Source: Spirochaetia bacterium (lineage in GTDB: Bacteria; Spirochaetota; Spirochaetia; SP-2023). Taken from it: 64,000 bases of DNA. Numbering within the stretch: the first letter of the stretch is position 1; each line of letters starts with the position of its first letter. Below the pieces are notes generated by a model. That model was not told where the DNA came from. It did not search any database and saw nothing but the letters and a program-made list of their open reading frames with translations. This document shows, piece after piece, positions 19,506 to 28,486 of this stretch. A program made the translations under genes and the position numbers. The DNA lies in assembly GCA_965263295.1 (NCBI GenBank), contig OZ253665.1:2016001-2080000 (forward strand). Reading direction: 5' to 3'.

Positions 19506-20627
19506 ATGAAATTTAACTGTAGTTTGGTTAATGTCTTGGGACGACTGAAACTAGCCAATGAGGTTGTATCTTCGAAAAACTCGGTGGGTTTGTTCAACAG
19601 CATATTGATTCGAGCGGATAAAAACCATTACGTCACCATAAAGTCGACGGACACGAAAATATCATTTAGCTCCGTTTTTGCGGCAGAAGTACAGGAAGAG
19701 GGCGAAATACTTGTATTTTGCGGTAGGTTGATGGGAATCCTGGGAACCATGAAGGACGGAGATATTGCCTTTCATACGGACGAAGCCCAAAGCCTGCTCC
19801 ATATTGAACCTTTAACGGGGCAAAAGCTAAAACTTGAGCTGCGCTTATTGAGTCGTGACCGTTTTCCACATATACCCGAAGTTGTCGACAACGAATATTT
19901 TGAGGTGGGGCAAGAAACTTTTCTTGAGATGATTAGCAATACAAGTTTTGCTGTTTCACATGACGAGACGCGCTATTATTTGACGGGCTGTTACCTTGAA
20001 CGCAGCGAAGAAGCTTTTACCATGGTGGCTACAGACGCAAAGCGCTTAGCCCTGTTTCACGAAGAAGTTCTAGACATACCTATTTTTGATGGTGTAATTA
20101 TACCGCCAAAGGTCTTGCACTTTTTGTCAAAAGTCACAAGCGGAGAAGGTAATTTAAAAATTGCGGTAACTCCCAAGCGTGTATACTTTAAAATTGATGA
20201 ATATGACATTTCATCGGTACTGATTGATGGCAAGTTTCCTGAATATAATAAAATCTTGCCGAAAGGCTCGGAGTCTCGACTCGTATTAGATCGAGAGGAA
20301 TTCTATGAAGCCGTGCATCGTATTTCGATTATGACAGAGCAAGATTCCAAGACTTGTACTTTAATTATTAGTGACAACCATACTTTAACGATATCTGCCA
20401 AAGGTAGTGAAACGGGAAGTGCGGAAGAAGAAATTTCTTATGAAGGCAAACAGGCTAAGGACTTGACTTTGGTTTTAACCAGTCGCCACTTACTAGAGCC
20501 TATGAAACAAATGAAAAATGCTAAAGTGATATTAGAATATACGTCGGCAAAGGAACCGGTAAAACTTCAGGCTGAGGGTGAAGATCGTTACTTCCATATC
20601 TTCATGGCTCTGAGTCAGGAAGATTAA
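19506..20627 (+). CDS. dnaN: DNA polymerase III beta sliding clamp
   Basis: AAGGAG SD then ATG at 19506; FAVSHDETRYYLTG, VATDAKRLA, LIDGKFPEY. Confidence 0.96.
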   Translation: MKFNCSLVNVLGRLKLANEVVSSKNSVGLFNSILIRADKNHYVTIKSTDTKISFSSVFAAEVQEEGEILVFCGRLMGILGTMKDGDIAFHTDEAQSLLHIEPLTGQKLKLELRLLSRDRFPHIPEVVDNEYFEVGQETFLEMISNTSFAVSHDETRYYLTGCYLERSEEAFTMVATDAKRLALFHEEVLDIPIFDGVIIPPKVLHFLSKVTSGEGNLKIAVTPKRVYFKIDEYDISSVLIDGKFPEYNKILPKGSESRLVLDREEFYEAVHRISIMTEQDSKTCTLIISDNHTLTISAKGSETGSAEEEISYEGKQAKDLTLVLTSRHLLEPMKQMKNAKVILEYTSAKEPVKLQAEGEDRYFHIFMALSQED

Positions 20628-20637
20628 TTTATTCGTT

Positions 20638-20706
20638 TTGTCGTTTCAAGTTGTCGTTTTAAGGTAAATTTTATGGGGTGAAATCTTATGGAATAAAATC
20701 TTATGA
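20638..20706 (+). repeat. tandem 13-mer x2 followed by three 11-mers at a 15-bp period
   Basis: TTGTCGTTTCAAG/TTGTCGTTTTAAG at 20638-20663; AAATYTTATGR at 20666, 20681 and 20696. Confidence 0.75.
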
Positions 20707-20786
20707 TAGGGTATTGCGCTCTCGTCGCAGTTTTACAATAATGCTGCGGCGCAAAGTTGTCAGCGCCTTCAAATGTGTCAAGCAAT

Positions 20787-20858
20787 GCCAAAATAGCTCA
20801 GGGGTAGAGCGACGCACTCGTAATGCGTAGGTCGTGGGTTCAATTCCCACTTTTGGCT
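20787..20858 (+). tRNA. tRNA-Thr(CGT), CCA not encoded
   Basis: Acceptor GCCAAAA/TTTTGGC, D-arm GCTC/GAGC, anticodon stem ACGCA/TGCGT with loop CT-CGT-AA, T-arm GTGGG-TTCAATT-CCCAC. Confidence 0.97.
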
Positions 20859-20949
20859 ATTTTTATTATATATGAGCCGGGCGGGCCCAAATGGCGCAAA
20901 ATTGCCCGAAATAATCCAGCTTTGTTTCGGCATGCTAATCGTTTAGCTT

Positions 20950-22626
20950 TTGCTTGGTTTTTTTGCCGGGCCGCCGTTTCCGGGGCAACTTGGGGAGGGC
21001 TGTTTGAAACCATCTTTGTTCTTACGTGTCATGTGCATAAAGCTGGTGAGTTCTCTGATCTTGTCCGCCTATTTACAGGCCTATGAGCTGTCTCGTAGCA
21101 AGGTGTCTTCTGTTCCGCGAGCAGACGAACTTGAACTGTTGGCACAGTTACCTCTTGTTCCCCATGAAATGCGCGGTTCCTGGCTAGTGACAGTGCACAA
21201 TATAGATTGGCCGAGCCGGCCTGGAGCTCCGATCAAAGAGCAGCAAGCTGAGTTGTCGGAGTTACTTGATCGGGCTCAGTATCTGGGTTTGAATGTTGTA
21301 TTGTTTCAAGTCAGGGATGTGGCAGATGCTTTTTACCCGTCAAAAATAGAGCCTTGGTCTGCCTTCCTTACCGGTCAACAAGGGGAGGCTCCCGAACCGT
21401 TTTGGGATCCATTGGCTTTCGCAATTGCAGAAGCCCACAAACGAGGTTTGGAATTGCATGCTTGGTTGAACCCTTACAGGGTGGGCTATCTGTCTCAAAG
21501 CCGTTTTGCTCCGTCGCATATTTTTCGCCAAAGACCAGACTTGGTGCGTTTGTATGGCGATAGTTACTGGTTGGATCCGGGAGATCCCGACTCGGAAGCC
21601 TATATCCTGAAAGTGGTGGAAGATATTGTAAGCCGATATAAAAATCTTGATGGCATCCATTACGATGATTACTTTTATCCTTATCCTGAGGTGGGGGTCT
21701 CCTTCCAGGATGATGTGACAAAAAAAGCATATGCGGATACTAAGAATTTGGCTAGCTGGCGCCGTGAAAATATTGATCGCTTAGTATATAAGACATATAA
21801 TCTGATTAAAAGTATAAATCCATATCTGAGTTTTGGAATCAGCCCGTTTGGCATCTGGCGCAACGACCAACCTGCCGGCGTGCGGGGATTGGAATCTTTT
21901 CATGAATTGTATGCCGACTCGCGCAAGTGGTTGCGGCAGGGCTGGGTAGACTACATGGCTCCTCAGTTCTACTGGGCACCGGACGCTCCTCGGCAGCCTT
22001 ATGATAAATTATTGGACTGGTGGTTATTGCAAAATAAACAAAACCGCCAAATTATATCTGGTATTAATGTCGCCAATCTAAGGCAGGCTGGAAATGTAGA
22101 CTTTGAAGATGTGCTGCATAAAGTTAATATGCGCCGAGAATTTGGCGGTGATGGTGAAATTTTCTATTCTTTAGGGAAAATTAATACACCAAAATGGTAT
22201 TCAAATGTAAGGAATCTCTATCCATACCAGGCTTTACCTCCTCTAGTTGGTCCTAATCGACCGCCGCTGCCTGCGCCGGGTATAGGAATAAAACTGGAAG
22301 CCGCGCTGGCTACGCACACAGATGAGTCAGGCACAAGTGGGGCTTGGCAATTGAGTTGGCATCCTGAGTATAGCGCTTCGGCTCGCATGCGGGCGCAAGC
22401 ACAAGAACCTAAATATTGGATAATTTATTATCATAAAGAGGGGATTTGGAGTTACAAGATTTTTCCCGGCTGGGTGCGGGGAATAAGGGTTAGTATGCAG
22501 CAAGATTTAGACCCACGTTATTTTGCCGTGGCGGCAGTCGATAGAGGCAATGCCTTGGGCAATATGGCCTGGTTTGGCTCCATTCCTGTAGAGGATGTCC
22601 GGCAGGTTCGACTTGCGAGCCAGTAG
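20950..22626 (+). CDS. GH10-like (DUF187, YddW/DigH-type) glycoside hydrolase; start uncertain
   Basis: EMRGSWLVTVHNIDWPS, LFQVR, ELHAWLNPYR, DGIHYDDYFYPY, FGISPFGIW, VDYMAPQFYW. Confidence 0.9.
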   Translation: MLGFFAGPPFPGQLGEGCLKPSLFLRVMCIKLVSSLILSAYLQAYELSRSKVSSVPRADELELLAQLPLVPHEMRGSWLVTVHNIDWPSRPGAPIKEQQAELSELLDRAQYLGLNVVLFQVRDVADAFYPSKIEPWSAFLTGQQGEAPEPFWDPLAFAIAEAHKRGLELHAWLNPYRVGYLSQSRFAPSHIFRQRPDLVRLYGDSYWLDPGDPDSEAYILKVVEDIVSRYKNLDGIHYDDYFYPYPEVGVSFQDDVTKKAYADTKNLASWRRENIDRLVYKTYNLIKSINPYLSFGISPFGIWRNDQPAGVRGLESFHELYADSRKWLRQGWVDYMAPQFYWAPDAPRQPYDKLLDWWLLQNKQNRQIISGINVANLRQAGNVDFEDVLHKVNMRREFGGDGEIFYSLGKINTPKWYSNVRNLYPYQALPPLVGPNRPPLPAPGIGIKLEAALATHTDESGTSGAWQLSWHPEYSASARMRAQAQEPKYWIIYYHKEGIWSYKIFPGWVRGIRVSMQQDLDPRYFAVAAVDRGNALGNMAWFGSIPVEDVRQVRLASQ

Positions 22627-22640
22627 AAATTGAAGTATTT

Positions 22641-23000
22641 TTAACTTGTGCATTCATTATTGGGGTTGTTTTCGTTCGGCGGCAAGCTGGCTTCGACGCG
22701 CTGAGCCAGTTCCTTTAATGTTATCGTTTCCGGCTCGTCTTCGGCCAGAATATTTTTCAGCTCCATTAGGCTGTCCGTAATCGCTCTACCTGTCTTGGAC
22801 GATAGTTCCAGCAGTTGGAGCAGAATACGTTCTTGGCGGATTAAGGCATCGTTTTGTTCTTCAAGTAGTTCAATCCGTTCTGCCTGTGCCTGTAGGGCTT
22901 CAAAAAGACCGAAGTCTTCATCATCGAAGTCGTCAGCTTCGGGGACGAACAAGGTGTGCATGCGTCCTCTAACAAAAACATTCTTTATCATTGCCATCAT
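22641..23000 (-). CDS. hypothetical acidic coiled-coil protein
   Basis: 119-aa ORF with protein-like composition and a heptad pattern; no family recognised. Confidence 0.55.
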   Translation of the reverse strand: MMAMIKNVFVRGRMHTLFVPEADDFDDEDFGLFEALQAQAERIELLEEQNDALIRQERILLQLLELSSKTGRAITDSLMELKNILAEDEPETITLKELAQRVEASLPPNENNPNNECTS

Positions 23001-23105
23001 TTTAGAAATCTAAAGAAAAAAGGACAAGGATTAGAATATTTTTTACTTTTGCGGAGAGCTCCATTTCCCTCGTTTTTTAGATGGTGTAGTTACGAGATAT
23101 TTTAA

Positions 23106-23486
23106 ATGGTAAAATTATCTTTTCTCAGTTTAGGAGTAAGGTCAATAGCAGTGCATCGCAGGCATGATATTTCAGATAGGGTTTGGGCGCTATTGGAACC
23201 GCATTTGCCTGGTTGTTCAGGAGTTTGGGGTGGTGTAACAATAGACAATCGCCTGTTTATCAATGCCGTTTTCTCAATCATGCGCACGGGTCCGCCGTGG
23301 CGAGATTTACCGCCTGACTATGGCGGCTAGAGTAACACGCATCGTCGTTTTATTCGCTGGCGTGACAAAGGGATGTGGAAAAGATTTATGGAGATATTGA
23401 TCGATGAGCCGGATTACAAATGGCTGATGATCGACGCCAGTCATTGCAAGGTGCATCCTCATGCGGCGGGTGCCGCAGGGGAATAA
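23106..23486 (+). mobile_element. IS5-family transposase remnant (internal stop, 3' truncated)
   Basis: RRHDISDRVWALLEPHLPG...DNRLFINAV...RTGPPWRDLPPDYGG*SNTHRRFIRWRDKG.W...WLMIDASHCKVHPHAAGA. TAG at 23328-23330 where Trp is expected; C-terminal DDE half absent. Confidence 0.9.
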
Positions 23487-23572
23487 ACGCAAATTGCAGA
23501 TACCAAGACACAGGCATAAGCCCGTATTTTGTGAACCAAACGTCTCCTTGCGCACAGTTGTCTGCGCGACCG

Positions 23573-24840
23573 TTATGCAAACAACGGGACCAGAAGACTG
23601 CAAATCAGTAATATGAGGGCGCCTCCTATGCGCGAGGAAATCTGGGCAAAGGGCATTAGTTGCATGCGGTGAGCGGCAGACAAAGTGGCCACGTCACCTG
23701 TGCCCCCCATGTTGGCCATACACAGCCCGGCGGCTATAGCGGCTTCAATTGGGTAAAATCCGACCAGATGGCCGACCCAGCCGGCCCCCACAACGGTACC
23801 GACCAAGACGAAAAAAATGATCAGCACCCCCGTCAGCGTGATGGAGGCAATCACTTGTGCCATATTGATATAGGCCATGCCGATACCGATCAGCAGGGCA
23901 AAAGTCCAGTTCTTCATGGTGAAGCGATACCAAGAAGAGGCGGCCTCGCAGACATCACTTGGCACGACTTTAATAATTTTGAGGAAAGCGACCAGCAGAA
24001 TCATTAATGCGTAGGGATGCAGGGGAATAAATTTGCCCAGAATCTGGCCGGCGACATAAGCGACAAGCGATGCCAGCAAACCAATGCCCAATGAGTTGAG
24101 GCCGGGTGTGTCATTGGGTTTTTCTTCTACGCTAAAGCCGGGCATGATTACACCGTTGCCAGAAAGCCGGGGATAGCGTTGGCCTAACCGATTGAGTAGA
24201 CCGCCCATGATAATGGCGAGAACATTTCCCAAAATCACGTTGGGCACAATGATGGACATGTAATATTCGACTGGCTTTCCAAGAACTTCCTGATATATTT
24301 GCCCCATTGGTACCGCGCCGGCGCCCATGCCCCCCCCACGATCGGCAGGTCAATGAATGTGATGGCATCGCGCACGGAATAACCAAATACAAAGCCTATT
24401 GCGGCTGCGAATAATGTCGCGAATATTACTGCGGCGATCAGAGGCAGCGCAAAGCGTGCGCCAGCGCGGGTCAATAGGTGCGGATCCATCCCCAAAATAC
24501 TGCCAGTGATCAGGGCGCAAATATAGAAGTTCAAAAATCCCCCTTCCTTCATAAAGGAGATGGCAGCTTTGGTTACCGGCTCGGGCAACAATTAAAAATA
24601 CACAATGGCCGACGCCCCAAAGAGACAAAGAAAAACCCCGCCACCGAGATACGTTCGCAAGATGGGCAGGCGATCGCCGATGAAGCCGAGTAGCTCACCC
24701 AAAATCATCAATACCAATAAATTACCAATCATGCCTTTGGGCAGGACACCGATGGCGATGCCCCCCAAAGTGATTATAAAAAAGATCGCAAATATCGGGA
24801 GTTTCATTCCAAATATTTTGACTTGCGCTAAATTCTTCAT
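23573..24840 (-). pseudogene. 2-hydroxycarboxylate (citrate/malate) transporter, 2-HCT family, disrupted
   Basis: ATG 24840 with GGAG SD; in-frame TAA at 24592-24594; -1 frameshift in a G8 run (24330-24337) within PIVGGGMGAGAVP; intact C-terminal CMANMGGTGDVATLSAAHRMQLMPFAQISSRIGG. Confidence 0.9.
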
Positions 24841-25304
24841 TTTAAATACTCCATGTTTAAGCCAAGGCGCTGCAATTTTGTTTTTAACTGCCCGCAAAAA
24901 AAATAGCAGGCCAATAAATTCAAACTTTTCATACAATCCGGTCACCTTTTTATGAAACAAACCGGGGTGCCTGGCATCACCGTCAAGTTTTCGGGTTTCC
25001 AGTTCGTAAATCCGCACATTACTTCAATTGTGGCACGAATTCCAAAAGCCGAGTCTGGCATGAGCCTATTCTATTTCTGATGGCAGAATTTTGTTTAAAT
25101 CCTTTCTTTTTAAAAATACTATTATAGAATTGCCGATTTAGCAACTAAAAATTTCTTTTCTCTGAATAATCTTGAATTTTATTTGAGACGGCAGGGCAGA
25201 CACAAATAAAGCGCCACAAATGACTCAATGGCCTATCGTCCGTCTTTCCGATCTGTTTTTGAATAGTTTGAAGTCGCCGGACTTTTCAAGCCGTGAGTCC
25301 GTCT

Positions 25305-27578
25305 TCAACCGAAATGCCGCAAGCCCAGGAAAGTGGGCAGAATCTCCGGCTGCTCACGCCCCGCTGGATACAACAGGTACACGGGCAAAGAAGCTCTTCC
25401 CAGTTGATTCAGTTCGCTTTCCAGCTGCGCGTTGGAGCTTGTCAGTTCAGCTTTTAGATACAGGATTTGGCGATTTTGCAGAAATTCGCGAAAACGTGAG
25501 GTATGTAACAGGCGCGCCTGGTTCAACCTGCAAGTGACACACCACGCCGCCGTATACTCAATAAAGATACCGTAACCCTGCTGACGCAGGTTCTTTAGCG
25601 CCTCTTTCTCCGCCGGCAGGCCGCTATAAGCTAAAAAACTCGGAGCTTCTATACCATCTGCACCTTCCGCAACATTAGCCTGAAAATCCAATACACTCAG
25701 AGTTTCCGCCTCTTCCTTGTCAGGGGTCATAGAAGGCTGCAAAACGGCTTGGACCTGCCATAACAAAAACAAAGAAAGGCTGGCACAAAACAGCGTCTGC
25801 AGAAACCAAGATGGGCTCCCCGCTCGTTTACCGCTTTGAGCTGAATGTGCTTGTCCCGAATCCTGCAAACGCTGGCTCAGCCACAACAACCAAGCCAACA
25901 GCAATAACGACTGCAGGGCACGCAAGGCATCCGCCGCGCCCAATAAGGCCTGCAGAACACCATAAAAGTAAAGTGCGGCGCCCAACATGACAAAACCCAG
26001 GACAGCCTCGACAAGGGGCATGCGCAGCTGCAGTGCCTGCAAAGCGGCTTGCAGGCGCTCCCCCCTCGGCCCCCCCAGGGGGGCCGAGGGCCTTAGGCCA
26101 GCTTCTGTTTTGCCCCAGCCTAACTGATTAAAACGAAATAGCCTTTTCCCCCGTCCCTGCCGATCAGATGAAGGCTCTTCAGAATCTCTTCGTCCCGACT
26201 GTGTCGCAGATGAGTCTAGCCGAACCTTATCGGGACGCAGAAACAATGCGGCGAGGACGGCATACGGCAGCCACAATCCCAAACCGATGACAAACAAGCC
26301 AAGCAGAGCCAAGGCCAGGGAGTCCTGCAGCAAATAGAGCCCTAATATAGGTCCCAAAAGAGGGGCGGAACACGGCGTTCCCAAGACCACAATCAAAGCT
26401 CCGTGGCCGACGTCGTAAGCCAATTCATGCAAATTTCCCAAAGAACTACGGGTGGAAAGCCTGCCAAGAATTTTCGACAGGAATTGCGGCGTACGAAACG
26501 AAAAGAGCCCCAACAAGCTCAAACCCATCGTGAAGAGCAGGAGTAAAACGCCGTAGACCAGTAGCGGCTGCTGCAGTTGGAAGCCCCACAACAGGCCGCG
26601 CTTGCCCTGCCACAGCGCAAATAGTATCAGCCCCAGGATGCCAAAACTCAGCTCAATGCCCAATAAAGTATACAGAGGACTGCGCCATACCGCGATCTGG
26701 CGCCCGTGCTCTGCCTCGGATGGCAAAGACTGAACCAATAAGTTCAGCAGCTTCTGCAACTTTAAGGAAAAAATCGGAAAAATACAGGGCATCAGGTTCA
26801 AAATGATTCCGCCCAACAGGCTCAGCAACAGCACCCCCAACCAGTACAAGAATGACAATTTTTCAGTTGCAGCCTGAGCCTCTGTCCCTGCGCTTCCCGG
26901 CCAGTCCTGCGGCAGGGACAATGAAGAGACCAAAGTCTGGGGAAAGAAGCAGTTACCCCGTTCATTGCAGAGCTGGTATCGCAAACTCAATGTCAACTCC
27001 GAGCCGGCCGCCAGTGCAGGGCTTGCCGAGAAGGCTTGTCTGAGCTCAACGCTATCCGTGTAGTAAGATATCCCCTGGGCCTCGCCAGAAGGAGCCGGCA
27101 TCAGCTCCGAATCCAAAGGTTCCAAAAGCCCCTTGCCCTCGTCCGGGACCTGCACAGCAATTTGCAACAGCTCGCGGTTCAAATGGTAGGCGGGGGGAAT
27201 GACAATCTTCGTGACTAAATAAAACTGGCTGGAGTCTCGATCTGCAGGCGGACCGGCGGACTGCCATACAAAAGAAACCTTGGCAATTTTTGGAATTTTG
27301 GGAACTTCGGGAAGCGCTAGCCCCGCCCAGTCCCGTTTAACCGGCGCGGGAGAATTGCGGGGATCCCCATCGCCAGAGCTGACGGACGGGGAGAACAAGC
27401 CTTCAGCTTGAGTTTCAGCTTGAGTTTCAATTGAGAGTTCGACTTGGGGTTTATTAATTGGGGATTTAGCTTCGCCTGTAGATCGGGCATCCTGAGCCCA
27501 GAGCAGAGCTTTGCTCGCCGATACCGACATGCAAAGCAGGAAGCCCAAAAGTAAGACAGTTTTCGTTCGCGCAGGCAA
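25305..27578 (-). CDS. dsbD: DsbD-family thiol:disulfide interchange protein
   Basis: Alpha-domain CNERGNC, TM-domain LMPCIFP and GTPCSAP, thioredoxin domain AAWCVTC. Confidence 0.9.
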   Translation of the reverse strand: MPARTKTVLLLGFLLCMSVSASKALLWAQDARSTGEAKSPINKPQVELSIETQAETQAEGLFSPSVSSGDGDPRNSPAPVKRDWAGLALPEVPKIPKIAKVSFVWQSAGPPADRDSSQFYLVTKIVIPPAYHLNRELLQIAVQVPDEGKGLLEPLDSELMPAPSGEAQGISYYTDSVELRQAFSASPALAAGSELTLSLRYQLCNERGNCFFPQTLVSSLSLPQDWPGSAGTEAQAATEKLSFLYWLGVLLLSLLGGIILNLMPCIFPIFSLKLQKLLNLLVQSLPSEAEHGRQIAVWRSPLYTLLGIELSFGILGLILFALWQGKRGLLWGFQLQQPLLVYGVLLLLFTMGLSLLGLFSFRTPQFLSKILGRLSTRSSLGNLHELAYDVGHGALIVVLGTPCSAPLLGPILGLYLLQDSLALALLGLFVIGLGLWLPYAVLAALFLRPDKVRLDSSATQSGRRDSEEPSSDRQGRGKRLFRFNQLGWGKTEAGLRPSAPLGGPRGERLQAALQALQLRMPLVEAVLGFVMLGAALYFYGVLQALLGAADALRALQSLLLLAWLLWLSQRLQDSGQAHSAQSGKRAGSPSWFLQTLFCASLSLFLLWQVQAVLQPSMTPDKEEAETLSVLDFQANVAEGADGIEAPSFLAYSGLPAEKEALKNLRQQGYGIFIEYTAAWCVTCRLNQARLLHTSRFREFLQNRQILYLKAELTSSNAQLESELNQLGRASLPVYLLYPAGREQPEILPTFLGLRHFG

Positions 27579-27592
27579 TTTCGACCACCAGC

Positions 27593-28348
27593 TCAGCGAT
27601 AAACTACGCTATAACGTTTTTCCTGCTTCAACAGGGCAAAATCCAAGAGCCGCAAGCGAAACTCCACCGTATTGGCACTCTGCTTCCTTCCACCCGTTTG
27701 CGAGATCACTTTGCCGGGCACCTGAACAGAAATGACGGCCTCAGACTTTGGCAAATCGCGCCGGGCCTCGGAGCCAAAACTGTATTCAATCATATCCATA
27801 TAGTCACTGCGCTTCATGTCTTGAGTTCCTGCCGGGCCATAGAGCTGCAACAAAGCGTTGTCGCGCACAGCTGGGAAACGCCGCTCCAAAGCCTGATAAG
27901 TCTGGCGGTTGATGGTAATCGACAAGCGGGTATTACCACTCGGATCTTTGCTCCACGCAAAGAAATCATTGTCACTGATGTTCCCTGCAAAGTTCTCAAA
28001 ATGAAAGGCGATGTTGTACTTCCCCTTAGTCGTTGACTCGACACGGACATTGCTGACGTTTTTTGTGCGCTTCAATTCCTTGGCTATGTGCTCAGGCTCC
28101 AGCAGTTCTTCTCCCGCAGGAATACTCGCAGCCATAATGTCAATGCTGTCGAGCATATACGAAGGCAACTCCAGACTCAGAGCCATACTGCCGCGCCCCT
28201 CAGCTTCCAGGACAATCTTATTTTGCACGCTGCAAGAGAACAGCCCCCACAAGGCCACAGTTCCAATAACTAGCGGCAGATTGCGCTGCCATTTTGTAAA
28301 TCGTTGCACAAAAATACTCCTTACAATATCACTGTTAATGGGCATCAA
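27593..28348 (-). CDS. putative lipoprotein (LppM/DUF3153-like)
   Basis: Hydrophobic stretch with lipobox-like LFSC; C-terminal VQVPGKVISQTGG motif. Confidence 0.6.
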   Translation of the reverse strand: MMPINSDIVRSIFVQRFTKWQRNLPLVIGTVALWGLFSCSVQNKIVLEAEGRGSMALSLELPSYMLDSIDIMAASIPAGEELLEPEHIAKELKRTKNVSNVRVESTTKGKYNIAFHFENFAGNISDNDFFAWSKDPSGNTRLSITINRQTYQALERRFPAVRDNALLQLYGPAGTQDMKRSDYMDMIEYSFGSEARRDLPKSEAVISVQVPGKVISQTGGRKQSANTVEFRLRLLDFALLKQEKRYSVVYR

Positions 28349-28486
28349 AAGCGGCCATCAAGCGCCACCTGCCAGAACCAATCTTTTATTCTATCAGTCA
28401 ATATCGGGCACATATTTTAAGTGAAATTTTCAAATAATACATTAACATAAGTGTGATTTTTTATAATATTTCATTGGGGACAGCAT

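Noticed and set aside
25031..25046. TGGCACG as a sigma54 -24 element
   Set aside because: No TTGC at -12 and it faces away from the transporter.
20787..25300. tRNA-anchored genomic island or prophage
   Set aside because: No integrase, no duplicated tRNA 3' end and no phage genes seen.
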